DNA of 64,000 nucleotides from Paraspadella gotoi (GCA_051294375.1 CM119268.1:9126718-9190717), one strand, 5' to 3'. Numbered from the stretch's first letter, positions 13,280 to 28,957 are shown. Notes: a model not told the origin generated them from the sequence alone. Numbers and translations are program-made.

Positions 13280-14399
13280 CCAGGAGAAAGGGAGAGAGAG
13301 AGAGAGAGAGAGAGAGAAGAGAGATGGAGAGAGGACGAGAGGAGAGAGAGAGAGAGAAGAGAGAGAGAGAAGAGAGAGGAGGAGAGGAGGGTACGAGAAG
13401 GAAGAAGAGAGAGAGAGAAGAAAGAAGAGAAGTGAAGCCACCTACAAAGAGAGTAGGAAGGAAGAAAAGTGAAGCCACGCCAAAAATAAGGGAAGATGTG
13501 TGAAAAGTCGTTGGATCACAGATCAGAGTGAACAGTGAAAATATCAACGAAGGCGAAAAAAAGGCGGATTTTGTTCCAACTGGAAATCTTCACAGACCGG
13601 AATTGCTTTTAACAAAACAGTTAGTGCTGGGCCGCACTGGCCGATAGAAGGAAAAGTTAGAGTCAGTAAAGTAAGTAAAAGGTATCTAGTAAGCAAGAAA
13701 ATGGGTTTAGACCAATCGCCAAGTTTTTTAAGGCGGCCAGTGATTTTCATGGCTGAGTTTTAGAGCTGATTAGCAGCTTCATTTTGGGTCAGTAACCTCT
13801 TTTCAATGTTTGCCTCTCACTCACTGCACTCTCTCTCTCTGCTTCTCTCTCTCTCCTCTCTCTCTCTTCGCTCTCTCTCTCTTCTCTCTCTCTCATCTCT
13901 CTCTCTCTGCTCTAATCCTTTAATATCCTTAGCAGCTTCCAGGAGGAATCAAACGTCCCCGGAGCCTCTTGCTGGCAGCCCTGCTCTCTCTTCCTCCTCC
14001 CTCTCCTCCTGCCTCTCGTGCTCGCTCCTCCTTCCTCCTTCCTCTCTCCTCCTCCTCTTCCTCCCCCCTCCCCCCTACCAAAATTCTCAAAGAAAAACAC
14101 CCCGGGGCAAGGCAATCCAATGCTGGCGGAATTTTAATCCCAACCAAGTCGGGAAACAACTTTTAAAACCTTTACACGAAGTAAAAAGCAGAGTGGTTTT
14201 TGTTCTTCTGAATCGTTGGGAGAAAAATAAGAGAGAGAGAGAGGGAGAGGGATGGGGAAAGAGAGAGAGAGACGAGAGAGAGAGACGAGAGAGAGAGGAT
14301 GGAGAGGAGAGAACAGAAAATAGAATGAGAGTAGGAGACGAGAGAGAGGAGATTACGACGAGAGNNNNNNNNNNNNNNNNNNNNNNNNNCCCAGAGAAG

Positions 14400-14430
<31 letters not shown>

Positions 14431-15460
14431 GAGAGAGGAGAGAGAGAGAGAGACAGAGAGAGAAGAGAGGAGAGAGAGAGAGGAGAAAGGGACGAAGAAT
14501 GCAGAAAAGAAGAGAAGTGAATGCCCCTTACAAAGAGAGGTAGGAAGGGAAAGAAAAGGAAGCCACGCCAGAAATAGGGAAGATGTGTGAAAAGTGTGTT
14601 GATCGCGAGATCAGAGTGAACAGTGAAATATCAAACGAAGCGAAAAAAAAGCGCGGGATTTTGTTTTCCACTGGAAATCTTACGACCGGAGATTGCGTTT
14701 TACAAAACGAGATTAGTGCTGGGCCGCTGGGCGATAGAAGGAAAAGTTAGAGTCAGTAAATAAGTAAAAGGTATCTAGTAAAGCAAGAAAATGGGCGTTT
14801 AACCAATCGCCAAAAGTTTTAAGGGGCCAGTGATTTTCATGGCTGATTTTAGAGCTGATTTAGCAGCTTCATATTTGGGTCAGTAAACCTCTTTTCAATG
14901 TTGCCTCTCACTCACCATTCTCCTCTCTCTCTGCTTCTCTCTCTCTCTTCCTCTCTGCTCTCTGCTCTCTCTCTCTCGGCTCTCTCATCTTCGTCTCTCG
15001 GCTCTATCACTTTAATATCCTTTACAGTTTCCAGGAGGAAACAAACGTCCCCGGAGCCTCTTGCTGGCGCCCCTGCTCTCCCCTTCTCTCCTCTTCCTCC
15101 TGCCCTTCGCTGCTGCCTTCTCTTCCTCCTTCCTCCATCTCCTCCTCCTCTTTCCTCCCCCTCCCCCCACCAAAATTCTCAAAGAAAAACACCCGGGGCA
15201 AAGGACATCCAATCTGGCGGAATTTTAATCCCAACCAAGTCGGAACAACACTTTTAAACCTTTCCGAAGTAAAAAGCAGAGGGGTTTTTCTTTCTTCTGG
15301 AATCGTTGGGAGAAAAATAAGAGAGAGAGAAGAGGGAGAGGATGGGGAAAGAAAGAGAGACAGAAGAGAAGAGACGAGAGAGAGAGAGAGAGATGAGAGA
15401 GAGGAGCAGAGTGATGAGATAGGAGAATCGAGAGAGAAAGGGAGAGGATTACGGGGAGAG
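13280..15460. repeat. ~1.1-kb tandem duplication across a 25-N gap (probable assembly artefact)
   Basis: 13280-14364 and 14390-15460 are the same sequence, differing mainly by scattered 1-nt indels. They meet at the 25-N gap 14365-14389. Confidence 0.85.
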
Positions 15461-16612
15461 AGTTATCGCCGTTTAGAAGGGCGAGGGCAAAGATACTTGG
15501 TGAGATACAGGCAGGGGGTACAGTAAGGGGATGTTGAGTGAGAGGAGAGAGACGAGGAAGCGAGAGAGAGAGCACGAGAGAGAGGAGAGAGTGAGAGAAT
15601 CAGTGATGACTGAAATTTAATCCGCGTGATTTTAAACAAAACAACCGAAATTTTTTTTGGCTTTACATATATATAACTTACAAACTAGAATTGAAAAGTT
15701 CATAGTAAAGTTCAAGGTTGAACGTAACTAAAAAAAAATTGTCTGGATGAAGTAAAGGGTGCGAAGTGTTTAGTATTTCACGTGGCGAGAGGTTTTGGAT
15801 CCTTTTCAAATTCCGCGGAGACATTTTCCCGCGCTTTTTCTTTTTTAAAATCTTTCTTTCTTTTTTTTCTCTCTTTTTTTTTGACATTCTCCTTTCTTTC
15901 CCCGTTTTGGTTCATTTTATTTTTACGTTCTATTCTTTTCTCCATATCCATCTTTTTCTTTTTAAGCTCTATAGATCCTACCTTTCTCTTCTAACGATTT
16001 TTTTTTCCTTTTTCGCTCTTCTTTTTTCCTTTTTTTTTTCCTTTTCTTTTTTTATCCGTTCCATTCTTACGTTTCGCCTTCCTCCTTGACTTTTCTTTTT
16101 TCTTCTCTATTCTCCGGTGTCGGGTTTACCTTTTCTTTCGAATCCCATTATTCGCTTCATGAGAAAAACCAAAAAAAAAAGAAAGAAAATTAATTTCTTT
16201 TCTCAAAAAAAAATGGGGGGGAGAAATTCGACCACATCTTTTGTTTTCGGACAAAAAAAAATCTATTTTTATGTCAAAAATTTTAATGGACTTTCTTTTT
16301 TTTTTAAATTAACATACCCGGGTGACAATTTTTCATTGCGCCTTGTCGCAGGTCTAATTCGCACGTTGATTTAACGGTGCATTCTTATTCTATATTTAGT
16401 AGTATATTTACTTTAAAAAAAAGAAAAAGACCAAGCTACAATCTCATCTAATCAAAAAAAAAATATTTATTTTTTTCTTCTCTCTCTTCAATTTCTATTA
16501 CTTCTCGGAACCAGGTAGAGAATCGCATCTCTCTTTTCTTTCCTAATTTTCTCGTTCAGAGGCCGCGTGCGTTTATTTTTCTTTGGAAGACCCCCTCTCT
16601 CTCCTCTCTTCT

Positions 16613-16671
<59 letters not shown>

Positions 16672-16870
16672 CCCTTTAACGGTTAACGTCTTTCCATTTA
16701 TCAAAAATTGGATTTCCTCTCCATCTCCATCTCGTTGTTTTGGCTTTTGTTTGTTTTGGAGGTTTTGTCTAGAGGGGGCCACGTTAGAAGTTATCCCTCT
16801 CTCTTTCACGACTGTTCGTTTTTAAAGATGCGTTCGGCCGAACTAAAAAAAGAATTCATTTAAGATTGGG

Positions 16871-17135
16871 TTTTTTAGTTGCAAGTACGCGCGCGAGCAA
16901 CCTCTATAAGGTCACTTTTCGTCGGTCGGTCCGTCGGTTGTATGTCTGTCCGGTCGCGTCTGTCTCACTTTAAATTAAAAACGCTATAATTGCCCTTAGG
17001 TTGTTGCTCATTGTTAAAATCAAATCTAAGCGGACTACTCGCGCCACCTTTTGTTTTAAGAAATCTTATAAAAACTTAAGGAATATAATGACATGATAAG
17101 TAAAAACGAAAATTAATGCGGCCGCAATACCTTGA
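16871..17135 (+). mobile_element. Non-autonomous DINE-1/HINE-like (Helentron-derived) element
   Basis: Starts TTTTTAGTTGC...AGCAAC(C)TCTATAAG (5' inverted repeat), has an internal GTCG/GTCY microsatellite, and ends GCGGCCGCAATACCTTG. Related copies at ~23552-23815, ~43715-44138 and a fragment at ~60295-60370. Family assignment is from architecture only. Confidence 0.55.
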
Positions 17136-18151
17136 AATAACCCCTTCCTTGTTTTCTTAATTCTCCCTTATCTTTTTAAAAAAATGATTTTTTTTTGTTG
17201 TTTTCTTTTTTGAGTTTTTTTTTAAAAAATTTGTTTAACCCTTTACGTTTTAATTTTTACTTACAACTACCAATATTATTCTGACTTAAAACTAGTATTG
17301 TATATTTATGAAAGTATTAATTGTTTACTTTTGTTCCTCAATCTTTTTCCTATCCCTCTTTTCTTTCACGTAGCTTCATCTTTCTTTTTTCTCTCTCTTC
17401 TCCTCCATCTTCCTTATTTCCTCACCCGTTTCCTCTTACTTCCTCCTCCCCCCTTCCCTCCCTCGCTTTCATTCCCCCCCCCCACACCTCAACTTTCATC
17501 TCACATTTCTTTTCCCTCCGAAAATCACGTGACCTTGGACGACCTCCATCTTCCTTCCGTCGTCTCTTCAGACTCGACGCGTATCGACTTGACTCACTCC
17601 CGTTTTTGTCACTCTCACTCAGTTTTGTCACTCTGTACGGACTCGTCTTGTCACTCACATAATAACTCGGGTCGAGTTTCACTCGCTCATAGCGAATCGC
17701 TCAGTCTTGTCATTCGTTCGCAGGGATTCAATCAGTCGCGGTCGCCGGTTCGATTAGTAAATTAGGTCAATAGCATTAAGTCTTGTCATTATTCATATGT
17801 CTTGTCACTTCACTTCTCTCCCCTCTTCTTCTCACGTCTCTGTCTTATCTCTCTTTCTCAGTGAATGACTCTATTTATTATTTAATTTTTTCCAATTTTT
17901 TCACTATTCTTCTATCATGTACTTCATCATCTCATTACTACAATACTTTTTCAAATGAGTTCGTTCTTTTAATTTAGTCCTCAAGTGCTTACCGTACTTG
18001 TGACACTTTGTCTCCTTTCATCTCACGGATCATTGTCACTTGGTCACCCTCATTATTGCCACTGCCTCACCTCATTCCATTCCCGACTCAACAAAGTCAT
18101 CCTGTCAATCTCACTTTTTCTCCCTTACCATCCTCTCAAACAACGACCCCC

Positions 18152-18186
<35 letters not shown>

Positions 18187-19627
18187 TCTGCCTCTCTCCA
18201 ATTGCCTCGGCTTGAGGCCATTTTCCCGCAATTTCTACCTTCGTCTTCGTCTCACCAATCACTCACCTCGCTTTAATCATTTTTGGTCGCCGCCCACGAC
18301 TTACTCGAACCTTTTAAGCCTCGGTCACCCCTATTTCCTCTTTTCGTCTTTCTTAACCCTTTTTAAAAAAATATGCATATAAATTAATTCAGGTACGTAT
18401 TGTACCAATAATGCATAATTTAGATGATATCGAGAGCAGATTAAATTTATAAATTAATACAAAAAACTAACATTTACTTATATGCAAGTCTCTTAACCGT
18501 TGATAATTAGATTGGCATTTACACCTGTTTTTTTCCCCCTTTGAGCTTTCTTTCATTACATCTTCCGCCAACTTCACTTATTTATCATGTAATTTTCATG
18601 GTGTTCGTTTCACAATGTTCCTCTCACTTTTTTCAACCAGTCTGCCAATATACCATATATATCTCTTCTCCTACTCTTTAATCTTTGAGTATCTGACATA
18701 CCGCCACATGACCATGACAATTGACAAATAACCAAATGACCATTGACCAAAGACCATTGCCAATTCCAATTCCTGATTTAGCACATTCACCCGATATTTT
18801 TCCTTCCTCATTTCCCCACGATATAAATTTAGCATATATTTTTAGTCTTAAATGGCTCTTCTTATCCGATCGTCCACTCCCTAATTCTCTTTTCTTTCTT
18901 TCTCTCTCCAAACGAAAAGCGAAAGCGAAAATTCTCTTCAAATTAAGATATCAGGTGGAACTCCGAGGTTCGTCGCGAGCGCGAGGACCGGGGATAAGTT
19001 CCATCGTTGGTCAAGGGCGAGAGTGTAGAGAAGTTAGCAGTTGGTTCGTAGGTTGACTCGCGTTGCGCTGCTTCGTGCTCTGATCCTGGATGAATTTTTT
19101 AGTTAAGAAAGAAATTTGATTTTTTATAACGATTTTATTTTAATACAATGTTTCGACTCATATTTTCGAGGTCTATCAGCGCAGTTAACAGTTAAATTCG
19201 CGTTTTGTTTTCTTTTTTTTTTCTTATTTTTTTTTTCTCCTCCCCTCATTACCACTATCTTCTTTTTTTTTTTCCTCCCCTCAACTTACCACTATCTCTC
19301 ACCGCTCCGCCGTCCCCTTACCTTTTCTCTCGCTCCATTAGGGTTTCATTCGCTCGTCTCGTTCTCTACTTTGTTACAAGATTGCTCTGATTAATTCCCG
19401 AGTAAAAAAGTTGGCGATTTAATTTTGAAATAATTAATTACTGAGAAAATTTTAAAAAAGTTGTATTATCTTAGTTTAAAGAAATATTTTTTTTCTTTAA
19501 ATACACAACCCAAAATTCTACTTAATGAGATGGCAACAGTGTCCATGTGTCCACCCTTATCTCCTCAATATTCAACATTTTGAATTTGTGATCTACACGC
19601 TCTTCTTCTTTTCAAAACCTTTATCAG

Positions 19628-19664
<37 letters not shown>

Positions 19665-22185
19665 TCTCTCTCTCCTCTCTGCCTCTCTCTCTCTCTCTCT
19701 CTTCTCTCTCTCAAAACTGCGCGCCGGAATAAAGATCGTATCGGTTTCGTTTGTAAAACAAGGAACGGCGAGGCCGAGGGCCCTGGATCGAGCTTCTCGA
19801 GCAGAGGCGTGGCGAAGTAAAAAAGGGACGCCTGGTCAAAACAAAAAAAATCAAGAAATTAGAGAGGTTTAGGAGATTTGTACGTGCGTTTTTAATGTTT
19901 GTTGTTGCGAGCGATTCTTCCGAGCAGCCTTTGACTGGGGAAGACTTAAGATTTACTCCACCCTCTCTCTGCGTAAATGAGAGGGATTGAGGAGATCGAG
20001 TTTGCAAACATGCCCACTGCCCAGGGGCGTCTGAGTTTTGTTGACTCTTCTTTCTTTAGGGAATTAAAAAAATAATTTAAGAAATTATCCTTTTTTATCT
20101 TTATTGAATCTACCAGGGTGGGACCATATTCGAGCACAAAAATTTAGCGTTCCTGCCCTGTCTAAAAACGATTTGAGATACAATAATAAAATGAGTGCAA
20201 ACGTTTTTTGTGTCTTTACTTCCATATAAAAATTCAGATTGCCTCATTGAAACGATTAGATAATTTGAACCAATTTTGAAGCATAAAAATAAAAAAACTA
20301 TTAATGCAACTACTTGACAAAAAAAGTCATATAATATATGTTATGCAATCGAAAATACAGCTAGCGAATCGTCTTAGAATTCTGAGACTCAAGCTCTGTA
20401 ACTCGGAGTACAAATGATAATTTTAAGAGAAGCTTTTGTCTTGATATAGAGTACACATGTTGGCTACTCCCCTTCGGCTAAGCCATTGCTCTACGACCAA
20501 TTTTGGGAATCACAACTTATTGTAAAAAGAAGCTTCAGCCAGATTTGAACCTGAAACCTTTTCTCATAACGTTGAAAATCCGGCGCGCTAAGCACTCGGC
20601 CAAATAATTTTCAAAAAAATTAGACAAATTAAATTATATAAAGCTGTAGGTTCGCTTGTTAATTTTTGGGGGAAACAATATTCAACTTTTGAAGCAGAGA
20701 GATTTTGAACAATCGAGTCCCAAGTTTCCCGATTAGTGACGAAAGAAGAAAGCGAATATCGGCTTTATTTTTAATGTATTTGAAATGAGGAAAAGATCAA
20801 GCTGCGACGTTGAACATTTTCACGTTTTCTTTTAAGGGTTTTATTAAAGTGTTTTTACGAGTTTGGCTTATTTTGCTTGAAACAACTGAAAACTGTTTAT
20901 ACATGGTCGCCTATTTGTATCAATAATAATAAATAGGCTAATTAATTGATGAGAATGAAAAGAATGACAATCGTTTCGAAAAAAGGAATTAATTTAAGTT
21001 TTTGATTTGCATAAAAACAAGTTTGAGCAAACAATGTTGCGCGATCTGCCTACAATAATTAAGCAGTAATAAACTAATACGATGATAATTTTGGTAATGT
21101 TTTCTGACTTTCAATTTTTGATCTTAACAGATCATAACACATGTAACAAAAGACAAGTTTGAGCAAACAATGTCGGATCTGCCCACAAATCATTAACGGG
21201 TAATTAATTAATTAATATATTAATTTAAGTTAATTAATTAATTAATTAAGCAAATTAATTATTTTGATCCGAAAAGTGTTTGATTGATTAATTGGACTGA
21301 TTAATTAACTGATTTAATTATTTGATTATTAATACATCTTGCATTTACATTTAATTATAAAAAGGAAAAAAAGCATAATCAATTAGTGAAAACACGTTTT
21401 TTTTTGTTTTTTCCATTTAAACTCCATTTTCACTCAAACGATCCATCGAACTTTGATTTCCCAGCTATTAATCACACACTTTTCTACCCATATACAAAAT
21501 TGTCAAAAGTCAATTGCCCACCACTCATGAGTAATTGGTGTTCAAATTGTAAAATTTTTTTTTCCATTTTAAACTAATTTCCACTTCGACGATTCCATCG
21601 AAACTTCATATCCAGCTCAATCACACACTTTCCTACCCACACACCAAAAATTTCATTCCAATCCATCCATCCAATCACGGAGTTAATTGGTATTTTTGCT
21701 TAGGGGATATGGACGTACGGACATACGGACATCTTTTTTTTTTTGCATAATTCTATTAAATTCGTGTTCTGACATGATATAAGTGAATTCCGACAAGATT
21801 TGAGGGACTGAAAGCAGGTCCGATAACAAAAAATAATTAAAAACCAAAAATTTATATTGAGGTTTTTTGAAAGTTTTTTTTTTAAATAACGAGATGCCCG
21901 AGTGGATAAAAACTAAGATTCGACCGCAGAATGGAATGGTAGGATTCGAATCCCACTCAAGGTAAAATTTTACAATTAAACTGCTATGTTCCCCGGAAAG
22001 TGGTCGAGAGCAATGGCTTCTGAAGGGAGTAGTAAGCCCATATTGAGTACTCGGAGTGACGAACAAAAAACTCTCTTTTCAAATTATCATTTGTACTCGA
22101 GTTACAGCAGCTTGCCGTCTCAGAAATTTTAGAACCGATGCTACTGTATATAAAAACTGTTTTTAAATTGTAGTAAGTTTTTCAT

Positions 22186-23164
22186 TCACTTTTTCAGTCT
22201 TTCCTTCTTTTTCCTCCCTATTCATGGCGGCACGCTTTGGCTCCCGCGACGACAACTATTAGCGCTAAAACACGAGGACCACTTCCCACCGTTCTCGACG
22301 CCGACAAGACCTCGCCGAAAACGCAGTCTTGAGAAGATGCCGTTATCGGATGATTCCTGCATGAATGATGCTTCCCTAGCAACCCGGCGAGTCATTCGTC
22401 AACCGCCTTCACAGCTCGCTAGGCAGCCACCTGTGAGACAATCGGTAGACCGTGGAAGATCACGCCCACAATGGCGACGCTGATTGAAAGGCCCGTTGGC
22501 GCTTGAGACCAAGCGGGCGGGCCCGCCGGCGAGACAAAGACAAACGCCGGCGAGGCACGCTGCCGCAGATGAGCCGCAATGACGAGAAAGTTGGACCAAA
22601 TGTTCGTCTTTCGTGGGCGCCGAAAAAAAAATGGATTAGATGAGAGAGAGAATTCCGTTAATAGCAGCAAAGCAGTAGCCACGGACGGGTACGTCGATGC
22701 ATGCTGGAATAGGAATGCCGCGTCAGTACCAGCATCAGTCGAAATCAGCGCAGCCAAAATTCCGGCCACGTCGACGACGCTGACGCAGCGCCGCTGCAGG
22801 CCCGCAGCCAGGCAGCCGCGCGAGAAAAGGGATTTCCAGAGCAAACGATGTACGCGTAGGTGCCGAGAGGCATGATCGCCGATGCGCGCTCGCCCATAGA
22901 GGAAAGTTTGGCAATTCAATAAGGGACCGAAGAAGAGGTAGGTGGCCCAACGTCGCGGGAGGTCACGTCCAGTTGCGCCACGCGACGAGGAAGAGGGAAA
23001 GACGTACTAAGAGTCTCGCCGCAGATAGAGGAAAGAGGAAGCGACACGGGATGTGAGAGCGGTGCGGAGGAGCGAAACATGTTCGTGCCAGCTTTGGCCG
23101 CCAACAACACGAAGAGCACATTAAGGAGAATTTCCAGAGCGAGGCTCGAAATTTCACCGGACAT
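22186..23164 (-). pseudogene. Frameshifted copy of the DMT/EamA gene at 34759-35709 (probably sequencing-error copy, not a real pseudogene)
   Basis: Colinear with 34759-35709 from ATG (MSGEISSLAL) to stop but full of single-base indels; lies inside the artefactual triplication. Confidence 0.6.
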
Positions 23165-26100
23165 GATTAAATCAAATTTACATGTTTTGATTTCGATCGT
23201 TGATCAGATATCTAATTTGATTTTTTGATTTTTTTTTACCGTGAACGAACAATGAGTTTTGAATTTGGTCACAACACGAACAAAAAAATTATCGCGATCT
23301 TCTCTCTTNNNNNNNNNNNNNNNNNNNNNNNNNCTCTCTCTCTCTCTCTCGACCCTTTAACGGTTAACCGTCTTTCCATTATCAAAAATTGGATCCTCTC
23401 CATCTCCATCTTCGTTGTTTGGCTTTTGTTTGTTTGGGAGGTTTTGTCTAGAGGGGGCCACGTTAGAGTATCCCTCTCTCTTTCCACGACGTTCGTTTTA
23501 AAGATGCGTTCGGCCGAAACTAAAAAAAGAATTCGATTTAAAGATTGGGTTTTTTTTTAGTTGCAAGTACGCGCGGAGCAACTCTATAAGTCACTTTTCG
23601 GTCGGTCGGTCCGTCGGTTGGTATGTCTGTCCGTCGGTCTGTCTCACTTAAATTAAAAACGCTTATAACTTGCCTATAGTTTGTTGCTCATTTGTTAAAA
23701 ATCAAATCTAAGCGACTACTCGCGCCACCTTTTGTTTTTAAAGAAATATTATAAACTATAAGGAATAAATGACATGATAAGTAAAACGAAAAATAATGCG
23801 GCGCAATACCTTGAAATAACCCTTCCTTGTTTTCTTAAATTCTCCCTTATTTTTAAAAAAATGATTTTTTTGTTTTGTTTTCTTTTTGAGGTTTTTTTTA
23901 AAAAAATTTGTTTAACCCTTACGTTTTAATTTTTTACTACAACTACCAATATATTTCTGACTTAAAACTAGTATGTATTTATGAAAGTATTAATTGTTTA
24001 CTTTTGTTCCTCAATCTTTTTCCTATCCCTCTTTTCTTTCACGTAGCTTCATCTTTCTTTTTTCTCTCTCTTCTCCTTCCATCTTCCTTCTTATCACTAT
24101 CAGCTCAACGTTTCCTCATTACTGATCGTCTCCTCCCCCCCTTCCCTCCTCGCTTTCATCCCCCCCCCACACCGTCAACTTTCATCTCACAATTTCTTTC
24201 CTCCGAAAATACACGTACACCTTGGAACGACTCCTCCAATCTTCCTCTCGTCGTCTCTTTCAGACCTACGGACGCGATCGACTTGACTCACTCCCGTGTT
24301 TTGTCACTCTCACGCAGTATTTGTCATCATACTGTCGGACGGACTCGGTCACTTGTCACTTCGCAAGCACATCAAGAATGAATACGTCCGTCAGTCACTC
24401 GCTCCATAGGCGAGAATCGCTCAGATCTTGTCATTCGTTCGCAGGGATTCAATTGCATAGTCGCAGGTCGCCGGTCGAATATAGTAAATATAGGTCAATA
24501 GCATTAAGTCTTGAGTCATTAGTTCATGATGTCTGTCACTTCACTTCTCTCACACCTCTTCTTCTCACGTCTCTGTCTGTGATCTCTCTTTCTCATGAAT
24601 GACTCTCATTTATTTATTAATTTTTTGCCATTAATTTTTCACTTATTCTTCTAGATCATGCTACTTCTCATCTCATTACTACAATACTTTTTCAAATGAT
24701 TCGTTCTTTTTAATTTAGTCCCTCAGATGCTTTACCGTACTATGTGACACTTTGTCTCCTTTCATGCTCACCGGATCAGTGCTCACCTTGGTCACCCCTT
24801 TTGCCACTGCCTCACCTACATTCCATTCCCTAGAACTCAACAAAAGTCAGTTCCTGTCAATCGTCACTTTTTCTACCCTTCACCCATCCTCTTCAAACCG
24901 ACCCTCTCTCTCTCTCCCTCTCGTCTCTCTCCTCTCTGCTCTCTCTCTTTCTCTCTCTCTCCATATTCCCGGCTTTGATGCCATTTTCCCGCCAATTTCT
25001 ACCTCGTCTCGTCTCACCAATTCACTCACCTCGCTTTAATCATATTCTTGCGCCGCCCACGACTTACTTCCGAACCTTTGTAAGCCTCGGTCACCCCCTA
25101 TTTCCTCTTTTCGTCTTTCTTAACCCTTTTTTTTAAAAAAATTATGCATATAAAATTAATTCAGTACGTATTGTACCAATAATGCATAATTTAGAGATAT
25201 GCGAGAGCAGATTAAATTTATAAATTAATAGCAAAAAACTAACATTTACTTATATGCAAGTCTCTTAACCGTTGATAATTAGATTGGCATTTACACCTGT
25301 TTTTTTCCCCCTTTGAGCTTTCTTTCATTACATCTTCCGCCAACTTCACTTATTTATCATGTAATTTTCATGGTGTTCGTTTCACAATGTTCCTCTCACT
25401 TTTTTCAACCAGTCTGCCAATATACCATATATATCTCTTCTCCTACTCTTTAATCTTTGAGTATCTGACATACCGCCACATGACCATGACAATTGACAAA
25501 TAACCAAATGACCATTGACCAAAGACCATTGCCAATTCCAATTCCTGATTTAGCACATTCACCCGATATTTTTCCTTCCTCATTTCCCCACGATATAAAT
25601 TTAGCATATATTTTTAGTCTTAAATGGCTCTTCTTATCCGATCGTCCACTCCCTAATTCTCTTTTCTTTCTTTCTCTCTCCAAACGAAAAGCGAAAGCGA
25701 AAATTCTCTTCAAATTAAGATATCAGGTGGAACTCCGAGGTTCGTCGCGAGCGCGAGGACCGGGGATAAGTTCCATCGTTGGTCAAGGGCGAGAGTGTAG
25801 AGAAGTTAGCAGTTGGTTCGTAGGTTGACTCGCGTTGCGCTGCTTCGTGCTCTGATCCTGGATGAATTTTTTAGTTAAGAAAGAAATTTGATTTTTTATA
25901 ACGATTTTATTTTAATACAATGTTTCGACTCATATTTTCGAGGTCTATCAGCGCAGTTAACAGTTAAATTCGCGTTTTGTTTTCTTTTTTTTTTCTTATT
26001 TTTTTTTTCTCCTCCCCTCATTACCACTATCTTCTTTTTTTTTTTCCTCCCCTCAACTTACCACTATCTCTCACCGCTCCGCCGTCCCCTTACCTTTTCT

Positions 26101-26399
26101 CTCGCTCCATTAGGGTTTCATTCGCTCGTCTCGTTCTCTACTTTGTTACAAGATTGCTCTGATTAATTCCCGAGTAAAAAAGTTGGCGATTTAATTTTGA
26201 AATAATTAATTACTGAGAAAATTTTAAAAAAGTTGTATTATCTTAGTTTAAAGAAATATTTTTTTTCTTTAAATACACAACCCAAAATTCTACTTAATGA
26301 GATGGCAACAGTGTCCATGTGTCCACCCTTATCTCCTCAATATTCAACATTTTGAATTTGTGATCTACACGCTCTTCTTCTTTTCAAAACCTTTATCAG

Positions 26400-26436
<37 letters not shown>

Positions 26437-28957
26437 TCTCTCTCTCCTCTCTGCCTCTCTCTCTCTCTCTCTCTTCTCTCTCTCAAAACTGCGCGCCGGA
26501 ATAAAGATCGTATCGGTTTCGTTTGTAAAACAAGGAACGGCGAGGCCGAGGGCCCTGGATCGAGCTTCTCGAGCAGAGGCGTGGCGAAGTAAAAAAGGGA
26601 CGCCTGGTCAAAACAAAAAAAATCAAGAAATTAGAGAGGTTTAGGAGATTTGTACGTGCGTTTTTAATGTTTGTTGTTGCGAGCGATTCTTCCGAGCAGC
26701 CTTTGACTGGGGAAGACTTAAGATTTACTCCACCCTCTCTCTGCGTAAATGAGAGGGATTGAGGAGATCGAGTTTGCAAACATGCCCACTGCCCAGGGGC
26801 GTCTGAGTTTTGTTGACTCTTCTTTCTTTAGGGAATTAAAAAAATAATTTAAGAAATTATCCTTTTTTATCTTTATTGAATCTACCAGGGTGGGACCATA
26901 TTCGAGCACAAAAATTTAGCGTTCCTGCCCTGTCTAAAAACGATTTGAGATACAATAATAAAATGAGTGCAAACGTTTTTTGTGTCTTTACTTCCATATA
27001 AAAATTCAGATTGCCTCATTGAAACGATTAGATAATTTGAACCAATTTTGAAGCATAAAAATAAAAAAACTATTAATGCAACTACTTGACAAAAAAAGTC
27101 ATATAATATATGTTATGCAATCGAAAATACAGCTAGCGAATCGTCTTAGAATTCTGAGACTCAAGCTCTGTAACTCGGAGTACAAATGATAATTTTAAGA
27201 GAAGCTTTTGTCTTGATATAGAGTACACATGTTGGCTACTCCCCTTCGGCTAAGCCATTGCTCTACGACCAATTTTGGGAATCACAACTTATTGTAAAAA
27301 GAAGCTTCAGCCAGATTTGAACCTGAAACCTTTTCTCATAACGTTGAAAATCCGGCGCGCTAAGCACTCGGCCAAATAATTTTCAAAAAAATTAGACAAA
27401 TTAAATTATATAAAGCTGTAGGTTCGCTTGTTAATTTTTGGGGGAAACAATATTCAACTTTTGAAGCAGAGAGATTTTGAACAATCGAGTCCCAAGTTTC
27501 CCGATTAGTGACGAAAGAAGAAAGCGAATATCGGCTTTATTTTTAATGTATTTGAAATGAGGAAAAGATCAAGCTGCGACGTTGAACATTTTCACGTTTT
27601 CTTTTAAGGGTTTTATTAAAGTGTTTTTACGAGTTTGGCTTATTTTGCTTGAAACAACTGAAAACTGTTTATACATGGTCGCCTATTTGTATCAATAATA
27701 ATAAATAGGCTAATTAATTGATGAGAATGAAAAGAATGACAATCGTTTCGAAAAAAGGAATTAATTTAAGTTTTTGATTTGCATAAAAACAAGTTTGAGC
27801 AAACAATGTTGCGCGATCTGCCTACAATAATTAAGCAGTAATAAACTAATACGATGATAATTTTGGTAATGTTTTCTGACTTTCAATTTTTGATCTTAAC
27901 AGATCATAACACATGTAACAAAAGACAAGTTTGAGCAAACAATGTCGGATCTGCCCACAAATCATTAACGGGTAATTAATTAATTAATATATTAATTTAA
28001 GTTAATTAATTAATTAATTAAGCAAATTAATTATTTTGATCCGAAAAGTGTTTGATTGATTAATTGGACTGATTAATTAACTGATTTAATTATTTGATTA
28101 TTAATACATCTTGCATTTACATTTAATTATAAAAAGGAAAAAAAGCATAATCAATTAGTGAAAACACGTTTTTTTTTGTTTTTTCCATTTAAACTCCATT
28201 TTCACTCAAACGATCCATCGAACTTTGATTTCCCAGCTATTAATCACACACTTTTCTACCCATATACAAAATTGTCAAAAGTCAATTGCCCACCACTCAT
28301 GAGTAATTGGTGTTCAAATTGTAAAATTTTTTTTTCCATTTTAAACTAATTTCCACTTCGACGATTCCATCGAAACTTCATATCCAGCTCAATCACACAC
28401 TTTCCTACCCACACACCAAAAATTTCATTCCAATCCATCCATCCAATCACGGAGTTAATTGGTATTTTTGCTTAGGGGATATGGACGTACGGACATACGG
28501 ACATCTTTTTTTTTTTGCATAATTCTATTAAATTCGTGTTCTGACATGATATAAGTGAATTCCGACAAGATTTGAGGGACTGAAAGCAGGTCCGATAACA
28601 AAAAATAATTAAAAACCAAAAATTTATATTGAGGTTTTTTGAAAGTTTTTTTTTTAAATAACGAGATGCCCGAGTGGATAAAAACTAAGATTCGACCGCA
28701 GAATGGAATGGTAGGATTCGAATCCCACTCAAGGTAAAATTTTACAATTAAACTGCTATGTTCCCCGGAAAGTGGTCGAGAGCAATGGCTTCTGAAGGGA
28801 GTAGTAAGCCCATATTGAGTACTCGGAGTGACGAACAAAAAACTCTCTTTTCAAATTATCATTTGTACTCGAGTTACAGCAGCTTGCCGTCTCAGAAATT
28901 TTAGAACCGATGCTACTGTATATAAAAACTGTTTTTAAATTGTAGTAAGTTTTTCAT